A stretch of DNA of 64,000 nt from Eledone cirrhosa (lineage: Eukaryota), in contig OZ024743.1 in the NCBI GenBank assembly GCA_964016885.1, positions 246,946,001 to 247,010,000 on the forward strand, read 5' to 3'. The notes under the pieces were generated by a model that saw only the letters and a list, made by a program, of their open reading frames with translations, made no database searches and was not told the origin of the DNA. Numbering within the stretch: position 1 is the stretch's first letter; the number at the start of each line of letters is the position of its first letter. Both the position numbers and the translations under genes were made by a program. Shown one piece after another: positions 1-11,270 of the stretch.

Positions 1-369
1 ATTGGTAGCCTGACCCAAATATTAGCATTGAGTGCACAAACTGGTGAACCATCTGTAACTAAACATTACACTCCTAAATATATAATTTCTTTTCTAAAAT
101 TTTGTATATTCTATTTAGTTTTGAATATTTCATTTGGAAAATAGAGTTCACGTATATGATTTGTGACCTACTTCATTTAGCAGATATGGTAGTCTCCTGG
201 CTATAAAGCAGCTAAGATCAGTGATGTAGTTAGAGTTTTTGCTCTCCAGGGTAGTCCATAAAATTGCCCTACCCACCCCCAAAATCACAGTGCAGTAAAT
301 GAAAAGTACTACTCCTCAAAACTCCTCCTTTTTTTAGTAGAGGACCTTGCAGCAATTCTTTTGGCTCTC

Positions 370-530
370 TACACACTGGGTTCAAATCCTGCAGAAATCA
401 ACCTTACTTTTCATCCATTCAGGGTCAAGAAAATAAAGTACCACTTCAGGGCAATAAGTTGGTGGTTTGTCAGAGTATCAAACAAATGCCTTGTGGCATT
501 TGCAGTTTGAGTTCAAATCCTACTGTGGCT
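370..530 (+). mobile_element. Degenerate tRNA-derived SINE fragments
   Basis: GGTTCAAATCC B-box-like motif followed by the 'aaccttacttttcatcc...gggtc...aataaagtacca' core also seen in the SINE copies at 7810-7990 and 42545-42722. Confidence 0.6.
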
Positions 531-799
531 TACTTAATCCATCACCCAGTTTAACCCCACCATCTGGTCTTTGGGTACCATTTGTGGAATTCATGCTGTT
601 GCAAGCATTTAGGTCAGGTTTCCAGTTTAGAAATACCTTCACTAATATTGGACATCTTGAAAATAGCCACATACTCTTCCCTCCCTGACTAAACAGAAAA
701 AGATCTGAGTTCCAACTGATTAGTGATAAATTTGACTTCCCTGGCTACAGTTAGTGGGTGCATATATTGGGAGACAGCATTAGTTGTTTTACCTTAGAT

Positions 800-1111
800 C
801 AGTGCTTCTCAAACTATCTGATGTGGCGGACCGGCATTTTCTTTTTCCAATGTGCCACGTACCGCTAATATTTCGTAGTAATATTAATTTATACCGGAAA
901 CGATATATATAATGAATATAATAATAGTTGACCATTTTTTTATCTTCTATTTATTTTGTAAACAAATAATACAATATCAAAACATATAAAAAAGTAATAA
1001 AAAAAATTCCTCAAATGATTCCTAAGCATGGCCTGGACACTGGCCGCGTACCGGTAGCTGATGGCTCATGTACCGGCACTGGTCCATGGACCACCACTTT
1101 GAGTAGCACTG
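800..1111. mobile_element. hAT-superfamily MITE (non-autonomous DNA transposon)
   Basis: Terminal inverted repeats CAGTGCTTCTCAAA (800-813) / TTTGAGTAGCACTG (1098-1111). 8-bp target duplication CCTTAGAT (792-799) / CCTTAGAG (1112-1119). CAG ends with an 8-bp TSD are typical of hAT. Confidence 0.85.
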
Positions 1112-3183
1112 CCTTAGAGGATCAAGAAGCCATTTTTAACTATATTGTTATAAGTGACAAAAGAGGCTCCACTGATATATTTGACAGAGTTGTTTCCCTT
1201 AGCCTTTTGCTATTCCTAACACTCTCCAGGACACACTAGATATTGGTGGTTTGAATTTGAGGTTTTCCATCTCCTGGATGGATGTTTTAACTAGAAGTAA
1301 GGGTCCATCATTCCTAGTGGTCACCGACTAGAGTATTCCTTTGTATCCTGCACTGTGATAACAGATAAATTACGTAAATCACAATTAATCTTATAGCCAA
1401 AGTCATAGTTTTCATTGATTGGAAATCAATGAACACACAGTTGATCGTTATATCCTTTTAAGTCATTATTTCATACATTTAAACATTTTTTTTAGCTAAA
1501 TAGGTGGAGAATTAGCCGAGTTATTAGATCATCAGAGCCAATACTTTGTGGGATTTGTTCCATCTCCTTGTGTTCTGAGCTAAAATTCTGCTATGGTCAA
1601 CCTTGCCTTTCATTATTTCAGGATTGATAAATAAAGTACCAGTCCAGTGGAGGTGGATTGGATAACATGTTTTGTGCAATTTGTATTCTGAGTTCAAATT
1701 CCATACCCAGCGAAATGGGAAAAGTGATGGCAACCTACTACATTTACTTTATTGCTTACATACACAAATGGCTGTACAAAAATGGCATCTGGTTGCTTTA
1801 AAGAAAGTATGCTATTAACAAAAGAAAAACAATAAAAAAAAGCAGGACTCCTAAAAACTCCTGAAGTTAATGGGCCTTAGAACTGCTTCGTTGTATGCAT
1901 CTCATCTCTAAGTATTTAGTTCCTCATTAAGTTTAACCTGGCAGCAGAAGCAGTTATCAGGGGTGTAACTGAAAAACATCCCACAGCCAAAAGTGTGAGT
2001 CAGGTGAGAACCAGTGTACCTGTCTGTCTAAAGGATGCCACTGTCAGACATCAAGGTATTCTCTCTTCCTGAACATCCCTGTTTTGAGATAATGTTCCTT
2101 CAAATCCTGGATAACTAACTATACATCTAGTTTTGCAACAATGTATCAAATTTTGACAACATACCAACTGTTAAAGTTTTAAATCAGGAAGTACTACCAG
2201 GTCAGTCAACAACAAATCCCCTTTAGCAATGTCATATATATTTTGATTTTTGTTTTTTCATTTCTTTTAATCCTTTAGTATTCACATTACTCTATATTTA
2301 CTATTGTATTTTAAAAGTAAAAGCTTTACCTTACATAACTATCTCACATGATATCAAACCTATAAGATTTTGATATTATTTATTTTGAGAACAATACCTT
2401 AACATTAGTATGAGTGACCAGTTATGGCCAGTTTGAATAGAAAGAGGTGAGAGAATTGTGGCCTGATAAGTGACAAGATATAATTAGGAGAAAGTTAGTC
2501 ATATTATTAAATCACTCCTAATTCTTGAAACATTTTCAAAATTATTTGCAAACCATAGGTAAAATCTTTCATTAGAAATATGATAATGAAAGGGTTAATC
2601 ATACACGTTAAATTTCCTTCACCTCCCAGCATCTACTCAGTAGTAATTCAATTTGGTTATAAGAGAATTAACAACAATGTTGTGATAAATAAAAGCAACT
2701 GCATCAGATATTTTATGAAAAACTCAATTTAATGCAGAGCTTACCCAACTTTTCCCAATGGTGACACAGGTATTATTAAGACCATTTTCGTGACACATTA
2801 TTAATATCAGGTGATGATGCTTGTAAGAGTTCTTGGCTGTTTCAATGCTTCAGGCTAGCTATCACTAGTCATGATATCCTGTTTTAGGTTGCCTCAAACG
2901 TTTTTAGAGGAAAACAGCAGCATACCCTGTTGTAATTTGTAATTGAGGAAGTGTACATGTTTTTTTCTTTTTCCTCTCTGACTAATGCTCATTGTTTCTG
3001 AGGAAGAAGTGCATGAGGGGCACAACAACATTGATAAGGTCACAGGCTGTGTGACAAAAGAACTCAGACTAACCAATTATAAATTAATAAATTAACTAAT
3101 TATCTAAATATTAAATAATAAAACCAAAGTGAAGTACAACCAGTGTGTATGTTTTTATTGGAAGCATGACCCTCTCATAGTAC

Positions 3184-3184
<1 letters not shown>

Positions 3185-3237
<53 letters not shown>
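3185..3237. repeat. (CA)n(TA)n microsatellite
   Basis: Directly visible. Confidence 0.95.
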
Positions 3238-3240
<3 letters not shown>

Positions 3241-3266
3241 GTGGTTACACAACAGTTAGTTCACCA

Positions 3267-3309
3267 TACCGAGAACAATTGTTTCACCTTAGCAAATCCT
3301 CAGCTCGTA
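3267..3309 (-). ncRNA. Minimal type I hammerhead ribozyme motif (Penelope/retrozyme-like)
   Basis: Minus strand reads TACGAG-CTGAGGA-TTTGCTAAGGT-GAAA-CAATTG-TT-CTCGGTA. CUGANGA and GAAA cores, stem I CGAG/CTCG, palindromic stem III region AACAATTGTT. Confidence 0.7.
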
Positions 3310-3664
3310 ATATATATATAGTTGAAAAGGGGGATAAAGTTTCATACAAAACAAAAAAAATGAAGGTGAAAATGCACAGAAGTATATTTAAAGATTATCT
3401 TTTTCTTTAATCCGGCAGAATGAATAATTTTATAAATGTTGCATTAAATAAAACAGGTTCCGATTGGTGACATGATCTTATCAAATATTAGATGTTAAAT
3501 ATTGAATATTAAAAAAATGATTTTTCATGTATTCTGTGAGCTTTTCTCTATCTTTTCTTCTGCAAATCCTCCAGAAATCCAATCTCTGCAAACCCTTCTC
3601 TCCCAGGACCCCTTTTAATCATGTTTATATCTATATTTTTATTTATATTTATATCCTTTATATC

Positions 3665-6494
3665 CTGATAATTAGCGACCTCATAGTCAGGACGAGACGT
3701 ACTAGACAGCAGAAGAGGACTATCCTCAGGAGAAAAATATGGAAGCTAAAGGATCCCACAGCCAGAAATAAATTTCAAAGCATATTACTTGATGCTTTCG
3801 ACAGTAAGGAAGAGCAATTAGAGTCGTACAATGTAGAGGAACAGTGGAAATTCCTGAAAGCAAACCTGCTGATGGCGGCAGACGAAGTCTGTGGCTGGAG
3901 CAGGCGTGTAGGCAGGAGGAGAGTAACATGGTGGTGGAACAGTAAGGTGGAGGGATCAATCAAGGCCAAAAAGCAGGCTTGGAAAGCATGGCGGGATGGG
4001 GGAAGTAGAGAAGACTATCAAGTGGCCAGGAGGGAAGCTAGGAGACAAGTGTACTTCGCAAGAAGGGAAGCAGAGGAAAGAAAGTTCAAGCATATTCTAC
4101 AACGCGAGGACCAAAAACGTGAGGTGTTCAGGACTGCTAGGCAATGTGTCAAGGAAAACCGTGATATTGTCGGGGAGAAGTGTGTACTTAACGATGATGG
4201 CGTACTTGCCATCACTGACGCTGATAAGAAGGTAGCTTGGAAGTGTCACTATGAAAGGCTACTAAGTGAGGAGAATAAATGGGAGAAAGACTGTCTCCCC
4301 CACATCGACCCATTAGAGGGACCAGCAGTGTTAGTCGAAGGTAGTATAATAAGTAAGGCAATCAAAGATATGAAGACGGGTAAGGCAGCTGGGCCTTCGG
4401 AAATAGTTGCTGAGATGCTGAAAGCCTCTGGAATGGTGGGACACACCATGGTCACCTGGATAGTAAACCAAGTCAGACAGAATGGGGTTGTTCCGAAGGA
4501 CTGGCATAGCAGCATCATCGTTAACTGTTACAAGGGTAAAGGAGATGCCCTAGATAGGAGTAACTATAGAGGCATTAAATTAATCGACCAGGTCATGAAG
4601 GTCACGGAAAAAGTAATAGCGCAACTAATCAGAGAGAGAATTGACCTAGATGAAATGCAGTTCGGGTTTGTGCCAGGCAAAAGTACCACAGACGCTCTTT
4701 TCATTGTACGACAACTACAGGAGAAGTACCTAGCTAAAAGTAAACCCCTATACTTAGCTTTTGTCGACTTGGAGAAAGCCTTCGACAGAGTCCCCCGTTC
4801 CATTATCTGGTGGGCTCTTAGAAAACTAGGTGTTGACGAATGGCTTGTGAGAGCTATACAAGCCATGTATAAAGAAACAGTCAGCAAGGTTAGAATTAAC
4901 AACGAATATAGTGAAGAGTTTAGCGTAAAAGTTGGTGTCCATCAGGGCTCTGTTCTTAGCCCCCTACTATTTATTATTGCCCCTCAGGCTATAACAGAGG
5001 AGTTCAAGACCGGCTGCCCATGGGAACTCCTATACACAGATGATCTAACGCTCATAGCTGAATCAATGGCCGAGCTAGAGAAGAAATTCCAGACATGGAA
5101 GCACGGCCTAGAATCAAAAGGCCTTAAAATTAACCTGGCTAAGACTAAAGTTCTAGTTTGTAGGAAAGAAAATAAGGCACCGGTCCCTTCCGAGAAATGG
5201 CCATGCTCAGTGTGTAGGAAAGGCGTAGGTAGAAACTCCATTTTATGTCCCAAATGCAAAGTATGGGTGCATAAAAGATGTAGTGGGATCACAGGTAAGC
5301 TAACTAAGAACATAGACTTTATATGTGGCCGGTGCTCTGGTGCAATAAGTAGCAGCAAGTGCACACAAAATACTAGCTCTTTCAACTGCACAGAGGGTTC
5401 TATAGAAATAGTGGACAGCTTCCGTTACCTGGATGACAAAATCAGCAGTGGGGGAGGGTGCTCTGAAAGTACAGTAGCTAGAGTCAGAACTGGATGGAAA
5501 AAGTTCAGAGAGCTTATACCACTATTAGCCGCTAAAGGGTCTCCCTAAAAATGAAAGGCACGTTGTATGATGCCTGCATATGAACAGCAATGTTGCATGG
5601 CAGTGAGACCTGGGCATTGTGTGCAGAGGATATACGCAGACTAGAGAGGAACGAAGCTTGCATGCTCCGCTGGATGTGCAATAGTAATATACGTGAACGG
5701 CAAAGCATAAACGAACTAAGGAAAAAATTAGAAATAAGAGGGATCAGATGTTGTTTACTCGAGAGAAGGCTACGTTGGTATGGTCACGTGATGCGCATGA
5801 AAGACGACAGCTGTATAACAAAGTGCAGGGCAATAAAGATAGACGGTAGCCACGGAGTAGGCAGACCCAGAAAAACCTGGGACGAGCTGATAAATTCCGA
5901 CCTCACACACTTACACCTCTCCAAGACAATGTCACTGGACCGAGACCTTTGGCGGTACTCAGTAATAGAGAAGACCCGCCTTACCTAAATACAAAGTAAA
6001 ACCTACTACAGTCAGTAGGCATCTCTAACAAAATACACCCCCGTCCCACCACCCCACCCCATCCACACCACCCCTTTCAATGTAAAGTTATGTTGGTGCC
6101 ACAACATCCAGGCCGAAACAAATGAGATCGTGTAGGTGTCACGACAAAAAAACACACAGTTCACGCTGTAATGTGACCATGTAGGCAACACGGTAAAAAC
6201 CTCCCAGCCCCACACTGTAAATGTGGTTGGTGTTAGGAAGGGCATCCAGCTGTAGAAAACCCGCCAGACAGTCCACGCTGTAATGTGGCCGTGTAGGCAA
6301 CACGGTAAAAACCTCCCAGCCCCACACTGTAAATGTGGTTGGTGTTAGGAAGGGCATCCAGCTGTAGAAAACCCGCCAGACAGTCCTATGCGAGCAATGA
6401 CAACCACTCTTGCCTCAAGTGGGAAAACTCCCGTCCAAACCCATGCAAGCGTGGAACATGGACGTTAAACGATGATGATGATGATGATGATGAT
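3665..6494 (+). mobile_element. 5'-truncated RTE-clade LINE, copy 1 (RT pseudogene with internal PHD-like finger)
   Basis: ORFs 3527-5548 and 5590-5988 carry RT motifs NYRGIKL, QFGF, FVDLEKAFD, GVHQGSVLSPLLF and YTDD (normally YADD), then RLRWYGHVMR and GRPRKTW. Frameshift near 5540, in-frame TGA at 5581, (GAT)n tail at 6471-6494. The first ~45 aa of the ORF-track protein are flanking DNA. Confidence 0.93.
6157..6384 (+). repeat. 112-bp tandem duplication in the LINE 3' UTR
   Basis: 'cacgctgtaatgtg...aggaagggcatccagctgtagaaaacccgccagacagt' starts at both 6162 and 6274. Copy 2 of the LINE has one unit. Confidence 0.9.
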
Positions 6495-6500
6495 CCTTAC

Positions 6501-6515
6501 TTTCATCTGCAACCC
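6501..6515 (-). other. Candidate 15-nt micro-exon
   Basis: tttgtttttag|GGGTTGCAGATGAAA|gtaagg. Confidence 0.3.
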
Positions 6516-6924
6516 CTAAAAACAAATTTTGTTCTCTTGATACAAGGGGTACACACTAACACACAACCACAAGATAAAAGATTAATTCTATAGTCACCCC
6601 TAACTTTCTTCAGTTTCAAATTCTGACATTTCAACACAATTGAACCCCACCTTAAGGCCCCCACCACACACATTAAAAATGATATCTGGTCCATTAGTAT
6701 GAATGGTAAGAACATTTTCTATTTTTAACCAAGAGAATTCAATTGAATCCCAACCTGTTGATCTCCACCTCCACCTTCATAAAGAATACATATATTTAAG
6801 AAAAAAGTTTTGACAGAAAACTCTCATATATTCTAACAGCTCACAGAATACCTGAAAAAATGTAGTGGACCAATAATTGGAGACCAGCAACCAATGCTAT
6901 CAAGTTATAAAATAACGATTTTTA

Positions 6925-7135
6925 ATTTAGGCACAAGACCAGCATTTTTTTTTTTTTTTTTTTTTTTTAAGGTGAGGAGTCGATTATATTGACCCCAGTA
7001 CTCTATTTTATCGACCCCACAAAGACAAAAGGTGAATTAACATTGGTGGGATTTAAAGTCAGAACATAAGGATCTGTAACTAAATGCTGCTAAGCAATTT
7101 GTCTGACACTAACAATTCTGCCAATCTACTGCCCT
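6925..7135 (-). mobile_element. tRNA-derived SINE
   Basis: Shares 'ggcacaag', 'ttttatcgacccc' and the 'gggattt..a.tcag' B-box complement with the SINE at 7810-7990. Confidence 0.7.
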
Positions 7136-7429
7136 TTGGGTTATAAAATAATAAAAGCACCAACACAGCATGATTTAGAAAATACAACTTTATTCTGATT
7201 CACACTGTACAATTGTTAATTAAAACTAGTTGGTTAAGCTTGAACCAAATATAAATAAGCCTTCAGCAAGAGTAGCTTATTTACAAAATCCTTTAAAAGA
7301 ATTTTTTCTTCCTTCAGTAGGAGGCTAAGTACATCCTAATGATATGTAAAGACATTGAAATATATCTACTGCTCCTACCTTGGTTACTGAAGTGGCTGTG
7401 ATATGTTCACAGTTTAAATACTCCCAGTG

Positions 7430-7725
7430 AGACTGGCAGTATCGGTAGAATGTCAGATATGCTTTTTAGTGTATAGATATGTTCCTTTACATTCTGTGTC
7501 CAAATCCCACCAAGGTTAGCTTTGCTTTTCATCCTTACAGATGTAGAGAATGATAAATGAAACAGTTGGCCTAATGTGTTACTGGTATTCATTTTCTCAG
7601 TAAAGTGGACTGGAGCAACATGAAACAAAGTGTCTTGCTCAGGAACACAGTGTGTTGTCCAGTCCAGGAATTGAACTCCCAGCCTTACAATTGGGAGCCC
7701 AACATCTTAACCACTAGACTGCACA
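7430..7725. mobile_element. Two head-to-head SINE fragments
   Basis: Plus-strand tRNA-like head at 7430-7540. Minus-strand 'ctggagcaacatgaaacaaagtgtcttgctcaggaacac...taaccact' at 7605-7720 matches the SINE at 55147-55477. Confidence 0.6.
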
Positions 7726-7809
7726 TCATCATCAAGAATACTAACCTACCCAAAATAGCCTCTATTTCTTTAAAATAAAACCATCCATTTTAAAGGGTTT
7801 TTATTTAAA

Positions 7810-7990
7810 TTAATTGTTTCTACTTTTGGCACAAGGCCAGCAATTATCCCAGTGTATTACTGGTACTTTATTTTATCGACCCCGTAAGGATGAAAGGCAA
7901 AGTTAACCTCGGCGGGATTTGAACTCAGTCTGTAAAGGGACGTAACTGTGCTGCAAAGCATGGCGTCCGACGCTCTACCGATACTGCCAA
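7810..7990 (-). mobile_element. tRNA-derived SINE (young subfamily)
   Basis: Near-identical to 42545-42722. The minus strand shows A-box-like TGGCAGTATCGG and B-box-like GAGTTCAAATCC. Confidence 0.85.
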
Positions 7991-8014
7991 TTAATATCTT
8001 CCAACATAATTAGT

Positions 8015-10556
8015 TATATTCTTTGACAATAAGGAAGAGCAATTAGAGACGTGCAATATAGAGGAACAGTGGGAATTCTTGAAAGTGAACCTGCTGAAAG
8101 CAACGGATGAAATCTGTGGCTGGAGCAGACCTATTGGCAGGAGGAGAGTAACTTGGTGGTGGAACAGTAAGGTGGTGGAGACAATGAAGGCCAAAAAGCA
8201 GGCTTGGAAAGTATGGCAGGATGGGGGAAGTAGAGAGCACTATCAAGTGGCCAGGAGAGAAGCTAGGAGACAAGTGTACCTTGCAAAAAGGGAAGCAGAG
8301 GATAGAAAGTTCAAGCATGTTCTACAACGTGAGGACCAAAATCGTGAGTTGTTCAGGATTGCTAGACAATGTGTCAAGGAAAACCGTGATATTGTCGGGG
8401 AGAAGTGTGTCTGTAATGATAACGGTGTACTTGCCCTCACTGATACTGATAAGAAGAGAGCCTGGAAGTGTCACTATGAGAGACTATTAAATGAGGAGAA
8501 TAAATGGGAAAAAGATAGTCTGCTCCAAATCAGTCCAATAGAAGGACCAACGGTGCAAGTTAAAGGTAGTATAATAAGTAAGGCAATCAAAGATATGAAG
8601 ACAGGCAAGGCAGCTGGGCCTTCGGATATAGTTGCTGAGATGTTGAAGGCCTCTGGAATGGTGGGACATACTATGGTCACCCGTATAGTTAACCAAGTCA
8701 TACAGAATGGGGTCAAACCAAAAGACTGGCGTAGCAGCAGCATCATTAACTGCTACAAGGGTAAAGGGGATGCTCTAGATAGGGGAAACTATAGAGGCAT
8801 TAAGTTAGTTGACCAGGTTATGAAGGTCACAGAAAGAGTTATAGAGCAACTAATCAGAGAGCGAATTGATCTAGATGAAATGCAGTTTGGGTTTGTGTCA
8901 GGTAAAAGTACCACAGATGCTCTTTTCCTTGTACGACAACTACAGGAGAAGTACCTAGCTAAAAGTAAACCATTCTACTTAGCTTTTGTAGACCTGGAGA
9001 AAGCCTTTGGCAGAGTCCTCCACTCAATTATCTGGTGGGCTCTTAGAAAACTAGGTGTAGATGAATGGCTTGTGAGAGCTATACAAGCCATGTATAAAGA
9101 AACAGTCAGCAAGGTTAGAATTAACAATGAATATTGTGAAGAATTTAGTGTAAAAGTTGGTGTTCATCAAGGCTCCTATTTATTATTGCCCTTCAGGCTA
9201 TAACAGAGGAGTTCAAAACCGGCTGCCCATGGGAACTCCTATACGCGATGATCTAACTCTCATAGCTGAATCTATGGCTGAACTAGAGAAGAAATTCCAA
9301 ACATGGAAGCATGGCCTAGAATCAAAAGACCTTAAAGTTAACTTGTCTAAGACTAAAGTTCTAGTTTGTAGAAAGGAAAATAGGGCACAGGTGCCCTCAG
9401 GGAAATGGCCATGCTCAGTGTGTAGGAAAGGAGTAGGCAGAAATTCTATTTTATGTCCCAAATGCAAATTATGGGTACATAAAAGATGTAGTGGGATCAC
9501 AGGTAAACTATCTAAGAACGTAGACTTTATATGTGGCCGGTGCTCAGGTGCAATAAGTAGCAAGTGCCTACAGGATACTAGCTCCTTCTATTGCCCAGAT
9601 GGTTCTATAGAAATAGTAGACACCTTCCGTTACCTGAGTGATGAAATCAGCAGTGGTGGAGGGTGCTTTGAAAGTACAGTAGCCAGAATCAGAACGGGAT
9701 GGAAAAAGTTCAGAGAGCTTATACCACTGTTGGCCACAAAAGGTTTCTCTCTAAAAATGAAAGGCAGATTGTATGGTGCTTGTATACGAACAGCAATGTT
9801 ACATGGCAGTGAGACATGGGCATTACGTGCAGAGGACCAGCGCAGACTGGAGAGGAATGAAGCATGCATGCTCCATTGGATGTGTAATAGTAATATACGT
9901 GAATGGCAAAGCATAAATGAACTAAGTGAGAAATTAGGAATAAGAGGGATCATGCTGTTTACTTGAGAGAAGACTACGTTGGTATGGTCACGTGATGCGC
10001 ATGAAAGACGACAGCTGTATAAAAAAGTGCAGGCCGATCAAATAAATTCCGACCTTACACACTTGCACCTCTCTAAGACAATGTCACTGGACCGAGATCT
10101 TTGGCGCTACACAGTAATACAGAAAACCTGCCTTGCCTATGTACAAAGCGAAACCTACAGTCAGTAGGCACCTCTTAACCAAATATACACCCCAACCCAC
10201 TACCCCTACTCCATCCTCCCACTCCCACCAACACCACCCTTTCTCTGTAAAGTTTGTACCACAACATCCAGTCCAAATAAATGAGATAATGCGATCGAGA
10301 TTGTGTAGGTGTCACAACAAAAAACACACAGTCCACGCTGTAATGTGGCCATGTAGGTAAAACGGTAAAAAGTTCCCAGTCCACACTGTAAATGTGGTTG
10401 GTGTTAGGAAGGGCATCCAGCCATAGAAAACATGCCACATGGTCTTATATGGGTGAGACACGCTCACTCGACCAACCTTGCCTCAAGTGGGACAACTCCC
10501 GTCTAACCCATGCTAGCGTGGAAGATGGACATTAAACGAAGATGATGATGATGATT
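8015..10556 (+). mobile_element. 5'-truncated RTE-clade LINE, copy 2 (decayed)
   Basis: ORFs 8079-9203, 9157-9966 and 9979-10167 align by eye to copy 1. Deletion in the QGSVLSP motif near 9176, further frameshifts, (GAT)n tail at 10541-10556. Confidence 0.93.
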
Positions 10557-11059
10557 AAATTCCTCTAAATTCTTTCATTAGAATATGGTAAAAGACAGGT
10601 TAAAACATAAAGAGAATGTTTCCTTTTATATAACTTAATGAAGTAAAATTTGACATAAGAATTTCATGGTATGTTACAGATAACATCTTAATAATTTTAG
10701 TAAAGCAAGTGCATGAATTTGAATATTTGGTGATTTAAAAAGCTAATTAGTTAGCAGAAGTAAGTTCTTGAAAGAATGGTTATATTTCTTAGAAATGGTG
10801 GAGTGTAAACGGGATTAATAAACAGTACTGGTGAAATATCATTTGCCTTCAGTCGTTATTTTTGGCATTCTCCTCCTAACATGCCACACTGCACACCCCA
10901 GTACATATCATGACAGAAATAGCTGTGAAGTGAGCTAAGAACAATTGACACAATATTTTATAACAGGGAACAGATAAAAATGAAAAAAATGGTTTTACAT
11001 TATGATCCATGATCAGTTACTGCTAAGCACAAGTCAAATGCTTAGCAGTAACTTTTCCA

Positions 11060-11212
11060 ACTTTTTTACTTTTTGAGTTCAAATCATACTGAGATCAACT
11101 TTGCCTTTCATAGAGTAGATAAAATAAAGTACCAGTCATGTACTCAGGTAAATATAATCAACTTTCCCCACACCCAAATTGTTGGTTTTGTGCCTAAATT
11201 AGAAACTATTAT
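11060..11212 (+). mobile_element. Degenerate SINE
   Basis: 'gagttcaaatc...gagatcaactttgcctttcat...aataaagtaccagt...tgtgcctaaattagaaac', same family as above. Confidence 0.7.
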
Positions 11213-11243
11213 TGAGAGAGCTTGATATTTATTATAAATTTAC

Positions 11244-11270
11244 CATCTTCAGTAGATGTGCAATGTTCAC
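11244..11270 (-). other. Candidate 27-nt micro-exon
   Basis: attatattag|GTGAACATTGCACATCTACTGAAGATG|gtaaat, open in two frames (VNIAHLLKM or EHCTSTED). Confidence 0.3.

Noticed and set aside
1840-3076. Possible host exons (including ORF 2894-3076 minus)
   Set aside because: Candidate splice-bounded segments contain stops in the frames checked, and no recognisable protein motif is present.
3527-3664. Hydrophobic N-terminus of the 673-aa ORF as a signal or membrane segment
   Set aside because: It is AT-rich flank read in frame with the 5'-truncated LINE. LINE similarity starts near 3665.
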